Shown here in pieces: positions 37,534 to 50,749 of a stretch of DNA of 64,000 nt (its first letter is position 1; each line of letters begins with the position of its first letter). Both the position numbers and the translations under genes were made by a program. Location of the stretch: the NCBI GenBank assembly GCA_951406725.2, contig OX597827.1, forward strand, positions 59,024,001 through 59,088,000. The letters are read 5' to 3'. This DNA is from Octopus vulgaris. Its lineage: Eukaryota. The notes beneath the pieces are model-generated. The model did not search any database and was not told where the DNA came from. It worked only from the letters and a program-made list of their open reading frames with translations.

Positions 37534-37670
37534 TTTATTAAAGCTGCAAAATTATCACAAAACTGTTACTCAGAGTTTCACGTTCCCGTTCGTCGAACAG
37601 TTGTGGGAAACTGTCAGACGAACGGGAACGCGAAACTCTGAGTTTTGTGATAATTTTGCAGCTTTAATAA
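37534..37670. repeat. Fold-back hairpin whose arms each carry a hammerhead-like motif
   Basis: Minus 37561-37602: AACUGU UCGACGA ACG-GGAA-CGU GAAACUCUGAGUA ACAGUU; plus arm: aactgt CAGACGA acgggaacgc GAAA ctctgagt. Confidence 0.75.
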
Positions 37671-37738
37671 AGGCATATTAGTCTACATTTGGTATTCGAG
37701 TACTATATTTTCCACATTGTTTTGCACTTATGTACTCA

Positions 37739-37786
<48 letters not shown>

Positions 37787-38682
37787 TGTGTGGGAGTAAG
37801 CAGTAAAGAGCTAAAAAAAATAGTAGGCGTAAGGAGTGTATTCATATGGAAAGTTGTGTGTGCAAGTAGATGAATAAATGACTGGTGTAATCTAGTTTTA
37901 TCTTTATAGCAACTCTGGATAAACAATGATTTGTACCATAACCATGTATTGAGTAATAATAATTGTAGGTGTATGGACTAGTCGGATTTTGAGAGATCCA
38001 TGATGCGAAATCATATTATTTGGGAACAAGTTCACAAAAAGAACGACCCAGGTTCAAATCCCGCTGGAGACAGGATTTTGGACAGCATCAGGAGGACACC
38101 TGAGAATCATGACCCAAGTGGGACCGGCTCCCGTAGAGTGTCTGGTATAAGGGCCCAAACCCTTGCCGGATGGGGGTTTTTCCTTTTCTGAAGCTCTCTC
38201 CTGCTGTGCTTTTGCCTTATTGCGAGTTTCTGTATTTATTTTCTTTTTATCCTCATCATAAGACTCTGGCAAATAACTTAGTAGAAAGCAATGTGTATAA
38301 ATACATAAATTCAACAGGGAAAAAGATAAAAGGGTTGAGGTGGGTTGGTGTGGAGGTTTAAAGTGAACATGGAGGGAAGTTATTGATATAGGCATCAAGA
38401 CAAAAGATGGCAATAAAAATAGGGAAGTAGGCCAAGGAAGCTAGATCGAAGGTGAAGCTAGTGACTAACGAAGAAGAAATTAACAGTGAGAGATAAAAAA
38501 AAAATGTTTAGTGAATGATAAAGAGACGCAAGCAGATACATAGTGTATCATAAATCAGTTGATCAGACAAGGTAAGAAGAAAATGTAGACGCTAACAGGA
38601 TGTCAGTCTCATCGTGAACATAGGTCAGTAAAATGGAAGCGAGGTCAGAAGATGTAACAGTGTGTTGATAAGAGATAGAGGG

Positions 38683-39121
38683 CGATCTTTTCGGTTTGAA
38701 CGTCAGTTTTTTTCTAGCGGTGTCATATGAAATTGTCACCCATAATTATGACCCTAGTATCGATCTATTGCATTTCAATCTGTTTTCGGGTTAGGGTTAG
38801 TTAGGGTAAGGATTAGGGTTAGGGGTGGGGGAAGGGTATCTTTTTTTCTTCAGAAATGTAAATAAACCCAATCTGTTTCTTAAACGAGGGGCATATTCAT
38901 ACGGCACAGAATGTTTTCACCTCAATAGACGTCATTGATTGGTTGAAATTGCAGAAATTGAAAAAAAAACAACAAATATCTTACAAACTATAGAATTTTC
39001 TCAATAAAGCCAAGAGAAAAAGATGTTTTATAAACACATTCTACCAGTATACAAAGTTTAAAAGTGTTTAGTTACGTGGAAATTATTTTAAAAAAAACTG
39101 CCGTTCAAACCGAAAAGATCC
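38683..39121. mobile_element. MITE, second copy, perfect 8-bp TSD
   Basis: atagaggg at 38675-38682 and 39122-39129; TIRs and ttagggttag repeats as in 11629-12075. Confidence 0.92.
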
Positions 39122-39302
39122 ATAGAGGGTACTGCCAATATATTACGTTTCTTGTATCTATCTCATTTGTTTGACTATATTTTATATATATTTTCTCACT
39201 TTAAACTACTGCGTACAACCGGTTAGCTATAACATTGTTTTAACCATGTAATAAATATTACGCTCCCCACTACCTCACGCCACGGACGCTTCTCTCTCCT
39301 TC

Positions 39303-39520
39303 AGGCAGACGTTAGCACGCCGGGCGAAATGCGTAGCCGTATTTCGTCTGCCGTTACGTTCTGAGTTCAAATTCCGCCGAGGTCAACTTTGCCTTTCATC
39401 CTTTCGGGGTCGATAAATTAATTACCAGTTACGCACTGGGGTCGACGAAATCAACTTAATCCCTTTGTCTGTCCTTGTTTGTCTCCTCTGTGTTTAGCCC
39501 CTTGTGGGTAGTAAAGAAAT
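39303..39520 (+). mobile_element. SINE family B
   Basis: gttagcacgccgggcgaaatg ... gtagtaaagaaata. Confidence 0.85.
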
Positions 39521-39826
39521 ATATCTCACTCTTCACCTTATCCTGTTTTTCTCTCCGTTCTTTCTTTCTCCTGTCTTTCCTTTCAACTAATCACGTGAAA
39601 GCGTAACAATTACATTCCATCTACTCACGTCAAGGACGCCTCTCTCTCCCTCTTTTCTCGCTCTCTTTTTCCTCCCTTCCTCATTTTCTCTTTGCCTCTT
39701 TTCTCTCTCCCTCTTTTCTTTCTCCCTTATTTTCTCTAATCATGTGAAAGCGTTACTGATGGGCTAAGCAACGCAATGACATGCAGAATTATTATAAGAT
39801 GTAAGTATGTATGTATATAAACATGC

Positions 39827-40016
<190 letters not shown>

Positions 40017-40284
40017 TAAACATACATATACAAACTTGCATACATACACGTGTATATGTATGTGTGTATCAGCTCTTCTCCACCCTAGAGATATCGAGTA
40101 ATTCAAATGGCAAAGTCTTTCCTTCCTATACACATTTTTTCATGATGAAAAAACGTATTATCTATTAAGTGTTAAATGTCAGATTTCAAACCTTTGGCCC
40201 AGTTTTCGCCAAATCCGTGCCATCAGAACAAAATTAATGTGTGTCTATATATATAAATGTATATATATATATATATATATATAA

Positions 40285-40347
<63 letters not shown>

Positions 40348-40395
40348 CATATTTATACATACATATATCCACATATATGTGTGCTTGTATATATA

Positions 40396-40471
<76 letters not shown>

Positions 40472-40499
40472 CATTTATGTATATATCAATGTATGTGTG

Positions 40500-43400
40500 T
40501 GTGGAGCGAAAAAGGTAGTTTTACACAGATTTTTTAAATATATTTTCAAGAATATATTTTTTATTGCGAAACCCTTTAAAAACAACTGTGTTACAAATCT
40601 GAATTTCTGAAATTTACAACTTCAAGTTCGGCAGCCAACTTGAAATTTTGAATAATGAGCGAAAAACCAATTTATGACACGTTTGCCGTTCCAGATTTTA
40701 TTTTTTTACATACATTATTACAAATTAATTTTCAATTCAAAACTCTTTGAAAACAAGTGTGTTAAAACCTCAAGCTCTAAAATGCACTTGAAATTTCGTA
40801 ATTATGTGAAATAATAGACGTTTCGACTTTGTTTCCTTTATTATTTTTAATACTCGGTCACTGAATATATATATGTGTTACATGAAGTGTAGATTACAAA
40901 CACATTAAAATAAAATTACGTGTAAATCAATTTTTGATTATTGTCACATTTTGGTGATGAAAACAAATAACATTTCCAATTTATTCGAAATAATTCCACG
41001 TAACTAAATAATACAAACCGTTGTAATGCATTTCTTTTCGTTCCAGTAATAAAGGCAATTAACTTTTTTCGGAGTCGAGAATTAGCATCTCACCCTCAAA
41101 TAAAGAATGGAACAGTCAAAGATTTATAGTTTTGGAAATTCCTAAAACGACATAATGCTAATTGCTTGTTATGTTTAAAATAGCTATAACTAAACAATTC
41201 TAATTGATTATTGCTCTGTTTTCTTTCAATTCGAAGTCCTTTTTTGCCTTGAACACCAGAATTTGTTTCTCTTGATTTCCTAATGAAACCACAAACATTT
41301 GATATTGCTTTTGTCTCGAGTTTTACACATATTTCCACAGCTTGGGTGTGACACGGTAATTTTTCCAGTTGCATTAAATGCCGCTGTTGAATGAAGATAT
41401 CAGTTTTTTCATCGGAAATTGCTCGTGTTAGAGGTGGTTCAATAATAATAATGTCCTGCCATTTAATTATGTCCATGTAGTTTGAGGTAGCAAAGTTTAG
41501 GGTAGGAACTTTGAAAGGTCACACAGATTTTCCTTTTACTGTGTTCGAGCCTGCTTTCTGCGCCTCCATGCTAGTTCTCAAATGTAGCTCCGTTCATCGT
41601 TTATCATGGCCAGTAAAATATTTTTTAAGTGCACGAAGCAAGCATTCCGTTGTACAACTGGAAACACAATGTTTTGTACCGCTTGATCCATTTCTCTCTA
41701 AGACTCAATCGTCTTGAACACATTTAGGGCCCCATTTTCCGAGGAAGTGTTTCGTTTAATTGTGAACCACATTGGCACATAAACTTTCATTATATAAGCA
41801 ACAATTTCATCATGTTAGAAGGATTCTCGGTGGCAACATACAACCGTAGCATACGATTTGGAGTTGTAAGCCATCGAGAATGTGCCATTTTATCGCGATC
41901 CCTTTATGCCATTTCAGATGAACATTTCCCTTTAGAAATAGACTGGTGGATATCAAGAAGGTATTTTTGATCAGTGTTGAGATCGTTTCTGTCTACTGAT
42001 GGTAAATCCGTTGGAAGTTGATTAAATTTCATAACACTTAGTGTTTCACATCACTCCTGCCTCTTACCAATCGGCCCAAGAAATCCAAGGGGCCCGGTAG
42101 TTTTTCCGTCGAGATGATTAATAAGATAGTGTAAGGGAAGCAAATTTGTGTGGAGCTGACACACAAGCCAATGCAATTGCTTCTTCAATTTATCCTCCAA
42201 AAGTCAAATGGCGCCTCCTTTTGGTCCTGTATTGACTGCAGTACCATCGCAGCCTACAGCTATCATGTGATTGGTTATTATCTCATTGGTTTCCAAATAA
42301 TTCAACAAACCATCGGAAATTACTTTTGCAGAACCCGTTTTAACAGCAAAGTTCCCAAGATAGCGGGACTTAGGTTCTTCTTTCAATGAAATATGTTCTT
42401 TTTTTCTTACGAAATGTTTTCCTATTTGTTCACTCACGTGGGTTATGTCCCTCCTTCCATCAAAATACACGGCAAATAATGGTTTATATGACCCGCCTTG
42501 CTGCTGCAGAGATTTACGTTTTCTGGATCGTTCACGCCTTACTTTCGATCTGTCTATAACGAAAGAACATTCACCAGATGCACTTGCCGTTAAGTCGCTG
42601 ATGACCGAACGTGTAAGAGCAGTAGCACGATCTGACACACCGGTGCGGTCACAGGCAGAAGCTAGTTCTGGGAATTTCATTCGTTTTATTGGTGGTTTCG
42701 AACTTAGGTTTTTGCTGACGTCTTTTTGTTTCATGGAAAATGGAATTGGAGAATCTTCATCTTCACCTTCGCCTGATTCATTCCAGATTCACTGCTTGAT
42801 GAAAACGCTATCAATTCAGAATCCTTTGCTGACGTAGAAGGCCGGCTGTGCTCTGGCCGATTCTTTCTAATTAACCTCTGAACGTTCTGTTTAGATACTG
42901 CTTGATCTATTCCCCCAATGATCATTTTTCAATTAGTCCGTTGATCCTGTAAAAAATCTTGTTCTCTCTGTGGTACGTTTTTGTCTCTGCCACAACTGAA
43001 ATTTTGAAAAGAATTGCTCTTGCAACAGGAAATGTCATATAAATCTTTTATTACATTGTTTTTAAACACTTTACACTTTGTTTGAAACAATGGTACATTT
43101 TTGTTCTATTTTAGACAGATTTTAGTAATGCTTGGTACTTTAGATAAAAGTTTAAGATAAAAGTTTACTCAGTCGTAACACAAGGGATGGATGCCTTTTG
43201 CCAAAGAAGAATTATCTTTTCTGCTACAATCTTGACAATTTGTTTCATTGAAGGATCTTTCTTAATTACATTCATTACATTCTTTTCTCATTTTTTTCGT
43301 TCAAATAAAATACATTTTAGTACGTCCTTGTAAATTGGCAAAACTCGCTCCACAAGATCACATGGAGTACCAAATATTGGGCATTCAGTATCATGACGCG

Positions 43401-43888
43401 TTATTGGCTTATGAGTCATCACTAAATGCAAACAACACTAAATTTAACATGATCATTCATTTTAATACAATGGTCTAAAGTCAAGGTACAAAGCAGAAAA
43501 CTTCACACACGTACGAAGTACGGCCAAATGCAACGACCGTTGCAGCGGCACTGGAGAGACGTTCACTCGCCCGTTCTCTCTATAGTCAATGCAGAACCGC
43601 ATGATATCAGTCAGTTGTATTGAAACTCGGTATGCAACTTTTTAAGGACCCTATATTTACTGTTTTGCATTCTGCTATGTTGAAATATCTATTTGTAATG
43701 ACTTTATAATCCATGAAGTCCAAAATTCGCCAAAAATAGCGATTCAAAAAATTTTCAATTGCGTTGCGGAGCCTGAAACATATTTAACCGTAAAGTTCTT
43801 TATACACCATTCTTTTAACCCTAATTCACAAATAAATATCGATTCTTGGTTACTAATTTCGAAAGTTGCATTTTTCCCTACTCCCTAA
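40500..43888 (-). mobile_element. Decayed DDE DNA transposon, hAT-related (hATm-like); coding remnant at about 41240-43419
   Basis: MTHKPITRHDTECPIFG start at 43419; LASACDRTGVSDRA, YFDGRRD, VGCDGTAVNTGPKGG, HSRWLT, EPPLT, LPCHTQAVE.CVKL; many stops and frameshifts; element ends and subfamily uncertain. Confidence 0.7.
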
Positions 43889-44614
43889 CACACACACACA
43901 CACACACACACACATTAATAATGTGTCAAATGTGTCAATTAGCGGTGTCGTTGATAACTTTTTCTAACCTCATTGATGCCGGTGACATATGTTAAAAGTC
44001 CCCTTATAAAACTATATTCATAAAAAGTATAGGACTATATTATCACCCATAAATTTGAGAAACAAACACTCATAACATTTTTCTTTTAAAATTTATTTGC
44101 ATGAGATTAATACCTCGAAATTCACCGAATTGAGCTCTATCATTTAAGCTTAATTAAAATATAGATTGTTTTTAAAATAAAAAAAAGTTAATTATACTTA
44201 AATCCAATTTTTTGCCTTATATATTTTTTCGTGATATTTTACCTCGCAACTTTTTTATACAAATTTTTGTTGCATGGGACCAAAACTATGAAGTTATTCA
44301 TACTTTCTTCTATCATTGAGGCTAAGATAAATATATTTTGCTTTTGAAATAGAAAAAAGTTGTTTAGATCTAAACTTGATTGGTGGCGTAACTTACTCTC
44401 CTATAACGTTGCTACAAATTTTGACGTAAACTTTTTTCTACCGGATCAAATCTCAATTTTTTTATGCCAAAATGTAGCTAAGGACCAGTGTTCTTCAAAA
44501 ATGTTAACAATTTTCAATTTGGTTAAGAACTGAATTGGCGACAAGCTCTGAAAGATGATACGTGTGAGTAAATTGCGGCCTTAAGAATATTATTCAACTA
44601 CTACAGTAGTTGAA

Positions 44615-44676
<62 letters not shown>

Positions 44677-45294
44677 CACATCTTAAAATACTTCTTAACA
44701 CAGGTACAACCCACACATTTGGAAAAGAGGCAAACTATCGATTAGATCGACTGTATTCTTGATTGGTATTTTACCGAATCTAGAAAGATAAAAAGCAAAG
44801 TCAGCCCCGATTAGTTCGAAATTAGAATGTGAAGAAATGTGGTTTAATACAGGAAGGCATTTTGTTCGACTCTCAACAAAATCCGCTATTCAATATCATC
44901 TACAATTGGCAGTATCTAAGAGCCAACAAGAAAGCCTCTAATTTGCTGCTCGGCCTTTTTGAAATTATAGCTATGTATCCTATTAATATATTTTCGGTTC
45001 ATAAAGCAATGATAATATATTCCGAGATACGCAATGCCCGAAAGAAGGACGGAGATGTCATGGCTGAAATAGTTCTGATCGATGTTCTGTTCAGTTAGAA
45101 CTATTCTGGAACTAAGTAACGACCACATATGTCCATAGCTAATTACCCTACTCTCCAAATACATCAGGTGACTTGAAAATGAGAAGAAGGAAAAAAACTG
45201 GTGCCTAAGTATTTTCGACATTATCTGACAGCTCATCACTTAAATAAAAAACAGTTGAATCTATGGAAACTAGTTATGTCCAGCATCGGTAGAA

Positions 45295-45369
<75 letters not shown>

Positions 45370-45431
45370 TGAAACAATGGACTATGCTTTACGCAACGAG
45401 AAAGACGAGAATTCTAACGTTTTGGATCCGT

Positions 45432-45467
<36 letters not shown>

Positions 45468-46159
45468 GTACAACTCTCTTTTTCATACTATTTCCCACTC
45501 TTTCGCGCTCTCTCTCTCCCCCCGCTCTCTCTCTCCCCACTCTCTCTCTCTAATTATCCAATAAATTTAACTCTTCTCATCCTCCCCTACCTTTTTGATC
45601 TTTTTGCTGTTGTTGTTGTTCTTTTTGGTGTTGTTGTTGTTGTTGTTGTTCTTCTTCTTCTTCTTCTTCTTCTTCTTCTTCTTGAAACACATACTTCGTG
45701 ATTGAACTGTTTGCACCACTGCTATAAGCAGTGGGAGCACACCAAATCCAATGAGTGTTTCGCGAATCGGCAACACATCCAGTGGAGAGAGAAGGAAAGA
45801 GAGGTGGCGGGGGGTGAGAGAAAGAGAATGGAGAATAAAAGACTAATCAGGAACCTTCCATGTGGTTGTTTTTCGACCTGCTAGAAATAGCAACCAGACC
45901 ATGTCCCGTCTTAACAACTGAAAAGAAATAAGGGAGAACATATTGGACAAAGTAATCCTACAGACACCGTCTTCTGAAAATAAATAAATGAAGCGTCCGC
46001 CTGGCTGTGTGGCCAAGAAGTTCTCTTTGAAACCACCTGGTTTCGGATTCAGTCTCACTGCTCAGCATACTGGGCAAGTGCCTTCTATTGTAGTGTATGT
46101 ATGTATGTATGTATGTATGTATGTATGTATGTATGTATGTATGTATGTATGTATGTATG

Positions 46160-46552
46160 TGAGGAACTCTTGAGAGTCAACGGCCATCCAATAAATGTCT
46201 TACGGCTGGATCATGCGCGGGGACATAGAAATATTCGGACTGAATACCCGATCGCGCGGTTAAACCATTGGGAGTGAAGGACTCCTAGCCTTTGTTAAGG
46301 CATCCTTCTAGGAGAAGGGAACTCAGGTAACTGGGATAACTCCGATATAAAACCTGCGGCTCAGTGGTTACCGATGATGTTGACTTGTTCTCCTTTTCGG
46401 ATTATGGCTGCTGTTGCTTAGTGAGTGGGATTGACTCAGTGCACAGCCTTTCCCCACTTTAAAAAAATCTTCTTGCACAGGCATTGCACGATAACAACAT
46501 TGATTAAGCTTCGTGCAATGGCCATACTCGATAACGAGGGGGCAGCCACCAT
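46160..46552 (+). mobile_element. Bipartite non-autonomous RTE derivative in (TATG)n
   Basis: Last 50 bp (ttaagcttcgtgcaatggccatactcgataacgag.gg.cagcca.catg) match the RTE 3' tail at 8080-8132; 5' part has an RTE-5'UTR-like tctaggagaagg.aactc. Confidence 0.75.
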
Positions 46553-47105
46553 GTATGTATGTATGTATGTATGTATGTATGTATGTATGTATGTATGTAT
46601 GTATGTATGTATGTATGTATTTATGTATGTGAGTGTGTCTTGGTGCTTGTTGTTGTCCCTGCCAACGGGTGTGAATTTGTTCACGTTTCCGTGATTTAGC
46701 AGTTTGTCAAAAGGAGACCGATAGAATAAGAACCAAATATAAAGAAAAAGTACTGAAGGCGAAGTGTTCGACTAAGCCTCATCAAGAGCGAAAATTCCAG
46801 CATGGCCGGAATCCAAGGACCGACACAAATCAAAGATAAAGAATAAATATAAATGGTCACGACTGGAACCTTTTTGATCATTGACTCTACGAAATCAGGC
46901 TAATAACGGCAACAAGCAATATACCCTAGTGCTGGCCTAGTTAGATGCCACTCCAAGATGATGATGGTATGACATAGAACAGAATTTTGGGCAAATTATT
47001 AAACCGTTTCTCTTCTGTTTTTTTTTTTTTACCGATTACAACATAATTAAACATGTCGGCATAATGCGACCTTTGGCAGTTGTGACGTTTTCCCGTTGCT
47101 ACAGG

Positions 47106-47145
<40 letters not shown>

Positions 47146-47277
47146 TACACACACATTCGTACACACAAACGTACACATACCTGCACACATGCACACACTT
47201 GTACATCCGTACAGAGAGAGTCTCACACGCTTGCACAGATGAACTCTCACACACACACACACACACACACGCATACG

Positions 47278-47338
<61 letters not shown>

Positions 47339-47375
47339 ATATATATCAGTTGAACTTTAAACACCAACGTCACAT

Positions 47376-47413
47376 TATAACTCGCTCCCGCAAAAGGAAG
47401 AGTCGTGTCAGTT
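47376..47413 (+). promoter_or_regulatory. Putative core promoter (TATA-like plus Inr)
   Basis: tataa at 47376-47380 and TCAGTT at 47408-47413, in unique sequence about 130 bp upstream of the signal-peptide ATG. Confidence 0.4.
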
Positions 47414-47542
47414 GGTCATTACAAACACCCAAAGGCTGCTGCTGTTTTTTTTTTCTTACATCTGTAACAAGTGAACGGTGATATTTTTTTCTTGCCACCA
47501 GGAGACCAACAGCATCACCGAAATAAAATAAAAGTTTTTAAA

Positions 47543-47636
47543 ATGGACAACAACAGCAAAATAATGAGGAGAACTATCAGCATATTACTTGTTTTCAATC
47601 TGTGGATATCTTTATCCGCCGCAGATACCTTTTGTC
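47543..47636 (+). CDS. Probable first coding exon of a secreted or membrane host protein (signal peptide)
   Basis: aaaATGG context; MDNNSKIMRRTISILLVFNLWISLSAA|DTFC has n/h/c regions; followed by a phase-1 donor c|GTAAGT. Confidence 0.65.
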
Positions 47637-48017
47637 GTAAGTTCAGAAATCTTTCCAACTATTTTATTTTGTAAAGTAGTAAATCCAATTTTTAACGTTT
47701 TTTTTTGTTGTCTTTTTTTTTTTAATCTTTTTACATGTTTCAGTCATTAGACTGCGGTCATGCTGGGGCACCGCCTTGAAGAAGTTTTGGTCGAACGAAT
47801 CGACCCCAGTACATAGTGTTTTTTGAAATCTTGATACATATTCTGTCGATCTCTATTGTGGAACACCGCTAAGTTATAGGGATATAAACACACCTTCACC
47901 AATTGTCAAGCGGTAGTGGAGGAGAAATGCAGGAACACACACGCACACACACACACATACATGCACGCACGCACACGCACGTACGCGCGTGCACGCACTC
48001 ATACACATATGTATATG

Positions 48018-48067
<50 letters not shown>

Positions 48068-48070
<3 letters not shown>

Positions 48071-48314
48071 GGTTGGTACATAATTATTGCGGGTTTTTTT
48101 CAACAAATTTTATTCAACAAATGCAATAACAACATGTAACAAAAACATTTTAAAATGATTATTCCGGAGCATATTCACCATCTACTTCAACTACTGCTTC
48201 CTACTTGCTTGGCAGACGGCCAGGCCGTCATTTAAAGATGCTTTTGTTAAATATTGTTATTATTTTTGTTGAATAAAATTTGTTGAAAAATACCCGCTAT
48301 AATTAAGCACCAAA

Positions 48315-48318
<4 letters not shown>
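48068..48318 (-). mobile_element. mariner-derived MITE with long TIRs
   Basis: ttgggttggtacataattattgcggg.ttttt.caacaaattttattcaacaaa pairs with 48265-48318; centre encodes the mariner C-terminus LPSK*EAVVEVDGEY. Confidence 0.75.
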
Positions 48319-48363
<45 letters not shown>

Positions 48364-49119
48364 CGGGCTTCTTTCAGTTTCCATCTGCTAAATACACTCT
48401 CGAGGCTTTGGTCACCCCCTAGGCTATAGCAGAAGACATTTGCCCTGGGTGCCATGCTGTGGGACTGAATCTGTAACTATGTGGTGGGGAAGCAAGATGC
48501 TTACCACACAGCCACGCCTATTACAAAAAAAAAATGGGATAAAGATCCTTCCCGAGTCATATCTATTCATTGGGCTTATGAGTCATACAGACTCATAGCA
48601 TTGATTTCCAAGTTTCCGTGGATTATATATTCACCACCTGGACGGGACGCCGGTCGGTCGCAGGATTTTCTCATTTTTGCCAGCTGAGTGGACTGGAGCA
48701 ACATGAAATGAAGTGTTTTGCTCAAGAACACAACGCGTCTTCCGGTCCGGGTATCGAAACCACAATCTTACGATCTTTAATCCAACGTCCTAATCACTAA
48801 GCCACTCGCCTCCATAAAATGTATTCGCACAATCATATGATCGTCGGACAAGATGTCTTATAGTAAGACACTTGGTTACAGTTTAATTTTTTTTTGCTGT
48901 CCTGAGTTCGAATCCCGGCGTGGTCAACTTCGTTTTTGTTTTTTTTTGTCTTCTTATGATTGATAAGATAAAGAGTAAATTTATTATTTGCTTAATTTAA
49001 TGTGTATTGACCAAGGTGAACGACCATCGCTGGTTATGGGAAAAAAATCAGTAATCCGTAAAGAGCTTTCAACCAAAAGTTCCGGAAAATGATGTGTGTG
49101 TGTGTGCGTGTGAGTGTGT

Positions 49120-49160
<41 letters not shown>

Positions 49161-49248
49161 TGTGTGAGTGTGTGTATGTGATGGTGGCGGGGAAGAAGTT
49201 CAGTCGATTTTACTACACACACACACAAAATAAATAAGAGATGGCTTT

Positions 49249-49292
<44 letters not shown>

Positions 49293-49491
49293 TGTGCAAG
49301 TGAGTGCGTGTGACTGTGTATGTGTGTGTGATGGGAAGTGGTTCAGTCGATTTTACTACACACACACACACACGTAATGAATTCGAGATGGCTTTCTACC
49401 TACAAAAGAAAGTAATATAGAGAATCCAATTGATACGTCTTTATAGTGAACGACACGGCGTATCATTTAACATGTTTGCATCGCGATGAGT

Positions 49492-49552
<61 letters not shown>

Positions 49553-49796
49553 CACTAATATGCATGCATGTACGTATGTCTGTCTTTGTGTCTGTCTTTA
49601 ATAACTGGTTTTTGTTGATTACGTCTTCGTAAATAGCGGCTCGGCAAAAGTGAGCGATAGAATGAATACCAGGCTTAAGAAATAAGTACTAAGGTCGATT
49701 TGTTTGACTGAAACAGCGTGACAGCAATCTAATGGCTGAAACAAATAAAATATCACACACACACACACATACATAATACACACACACGCACACACA

Positions 49797-49850
<54 letters not shown>

Positions 49851-49865
49851 ATAAAAAACAGAGTG

Positions 49866-50645
49866 AAAAAACTACAGAAGACTTGTGTTATATGGTTAAA
49901 GAATATATTTAAATCGTTATGTTAGAAAAATGTAATGAAATTTTGTGTATAGTAACGTGGTTTTTGGAGAAATAACCGGTTTCGTATTTTATTTTCAAAT
50001 TTCTCAGATTTCTTTATCGATATTGTGTCATCTCTTCACTATGGTGTGAAGTATTAGAGCAGACGCAGATGCACTTTGAACCGACAGCAGATTGCATTCC
50101 CAGAATACAGAATGATACCCTTTAGTGAACACATTGAGAAATGCGTAAAGCAGCTGCTACCACAATTTGTAATGTTTCCATTTTCTCAATGTGCCATTGG
50201 AACACCAACATAAGTTAGATTAAATAATGAAACCTACTTCATTGAAAAATATAAGCCAAAACTTAACCATTTCTAGCATTTTTAAATAAGGAAACTTATC
50301 TCATTGAAAAAAATATAAAGCAAAACTTAACCAGTTCCAACATTCTATTCTTTCTAAACCAAATATTGTTAAATTAATAAAACCTAGTCATTCCCAACAT
50401 TTTTGATTATCTCCCATATACCGAAAAAAACCCTGATTACCTTCCCCTGTCTGGAACTTTCATACTTCACATCATAGCGAAGAGATGACACAATATCAGT
50501 AAAGAAATCTGAGAAATTTGGAAAAAAAATACGAAACCGGTTATTTCTCCGAAATGTTATTATACACAAAATTTTGTAACATTTTTCTAATATAACGATT
50601 TAAATACATTCTTTAACCATATAACACAAATCTTCGGTAGTTTTT
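49866..50645 (+). mobile_element. PLE 3' fragment between inverted pseudo-LTRs
   Basis: 49866-50054 pairs with 50462-50645; centre translates RRRCTLNRQQIAFPEYRMIPFSEHIEKC...FVMFPF...ETYFIEKYKPKLN. Confidence 0.8.
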
Positions 50646-50749
50646 ACATTCTACTTTATCTTTTGTACATCCAACCACGTGTTTCACTTACCAACTCTCT
50701 CACCTATATATATGAATTTCCTATACAAAACAAAAGTTATCGCTCACTA

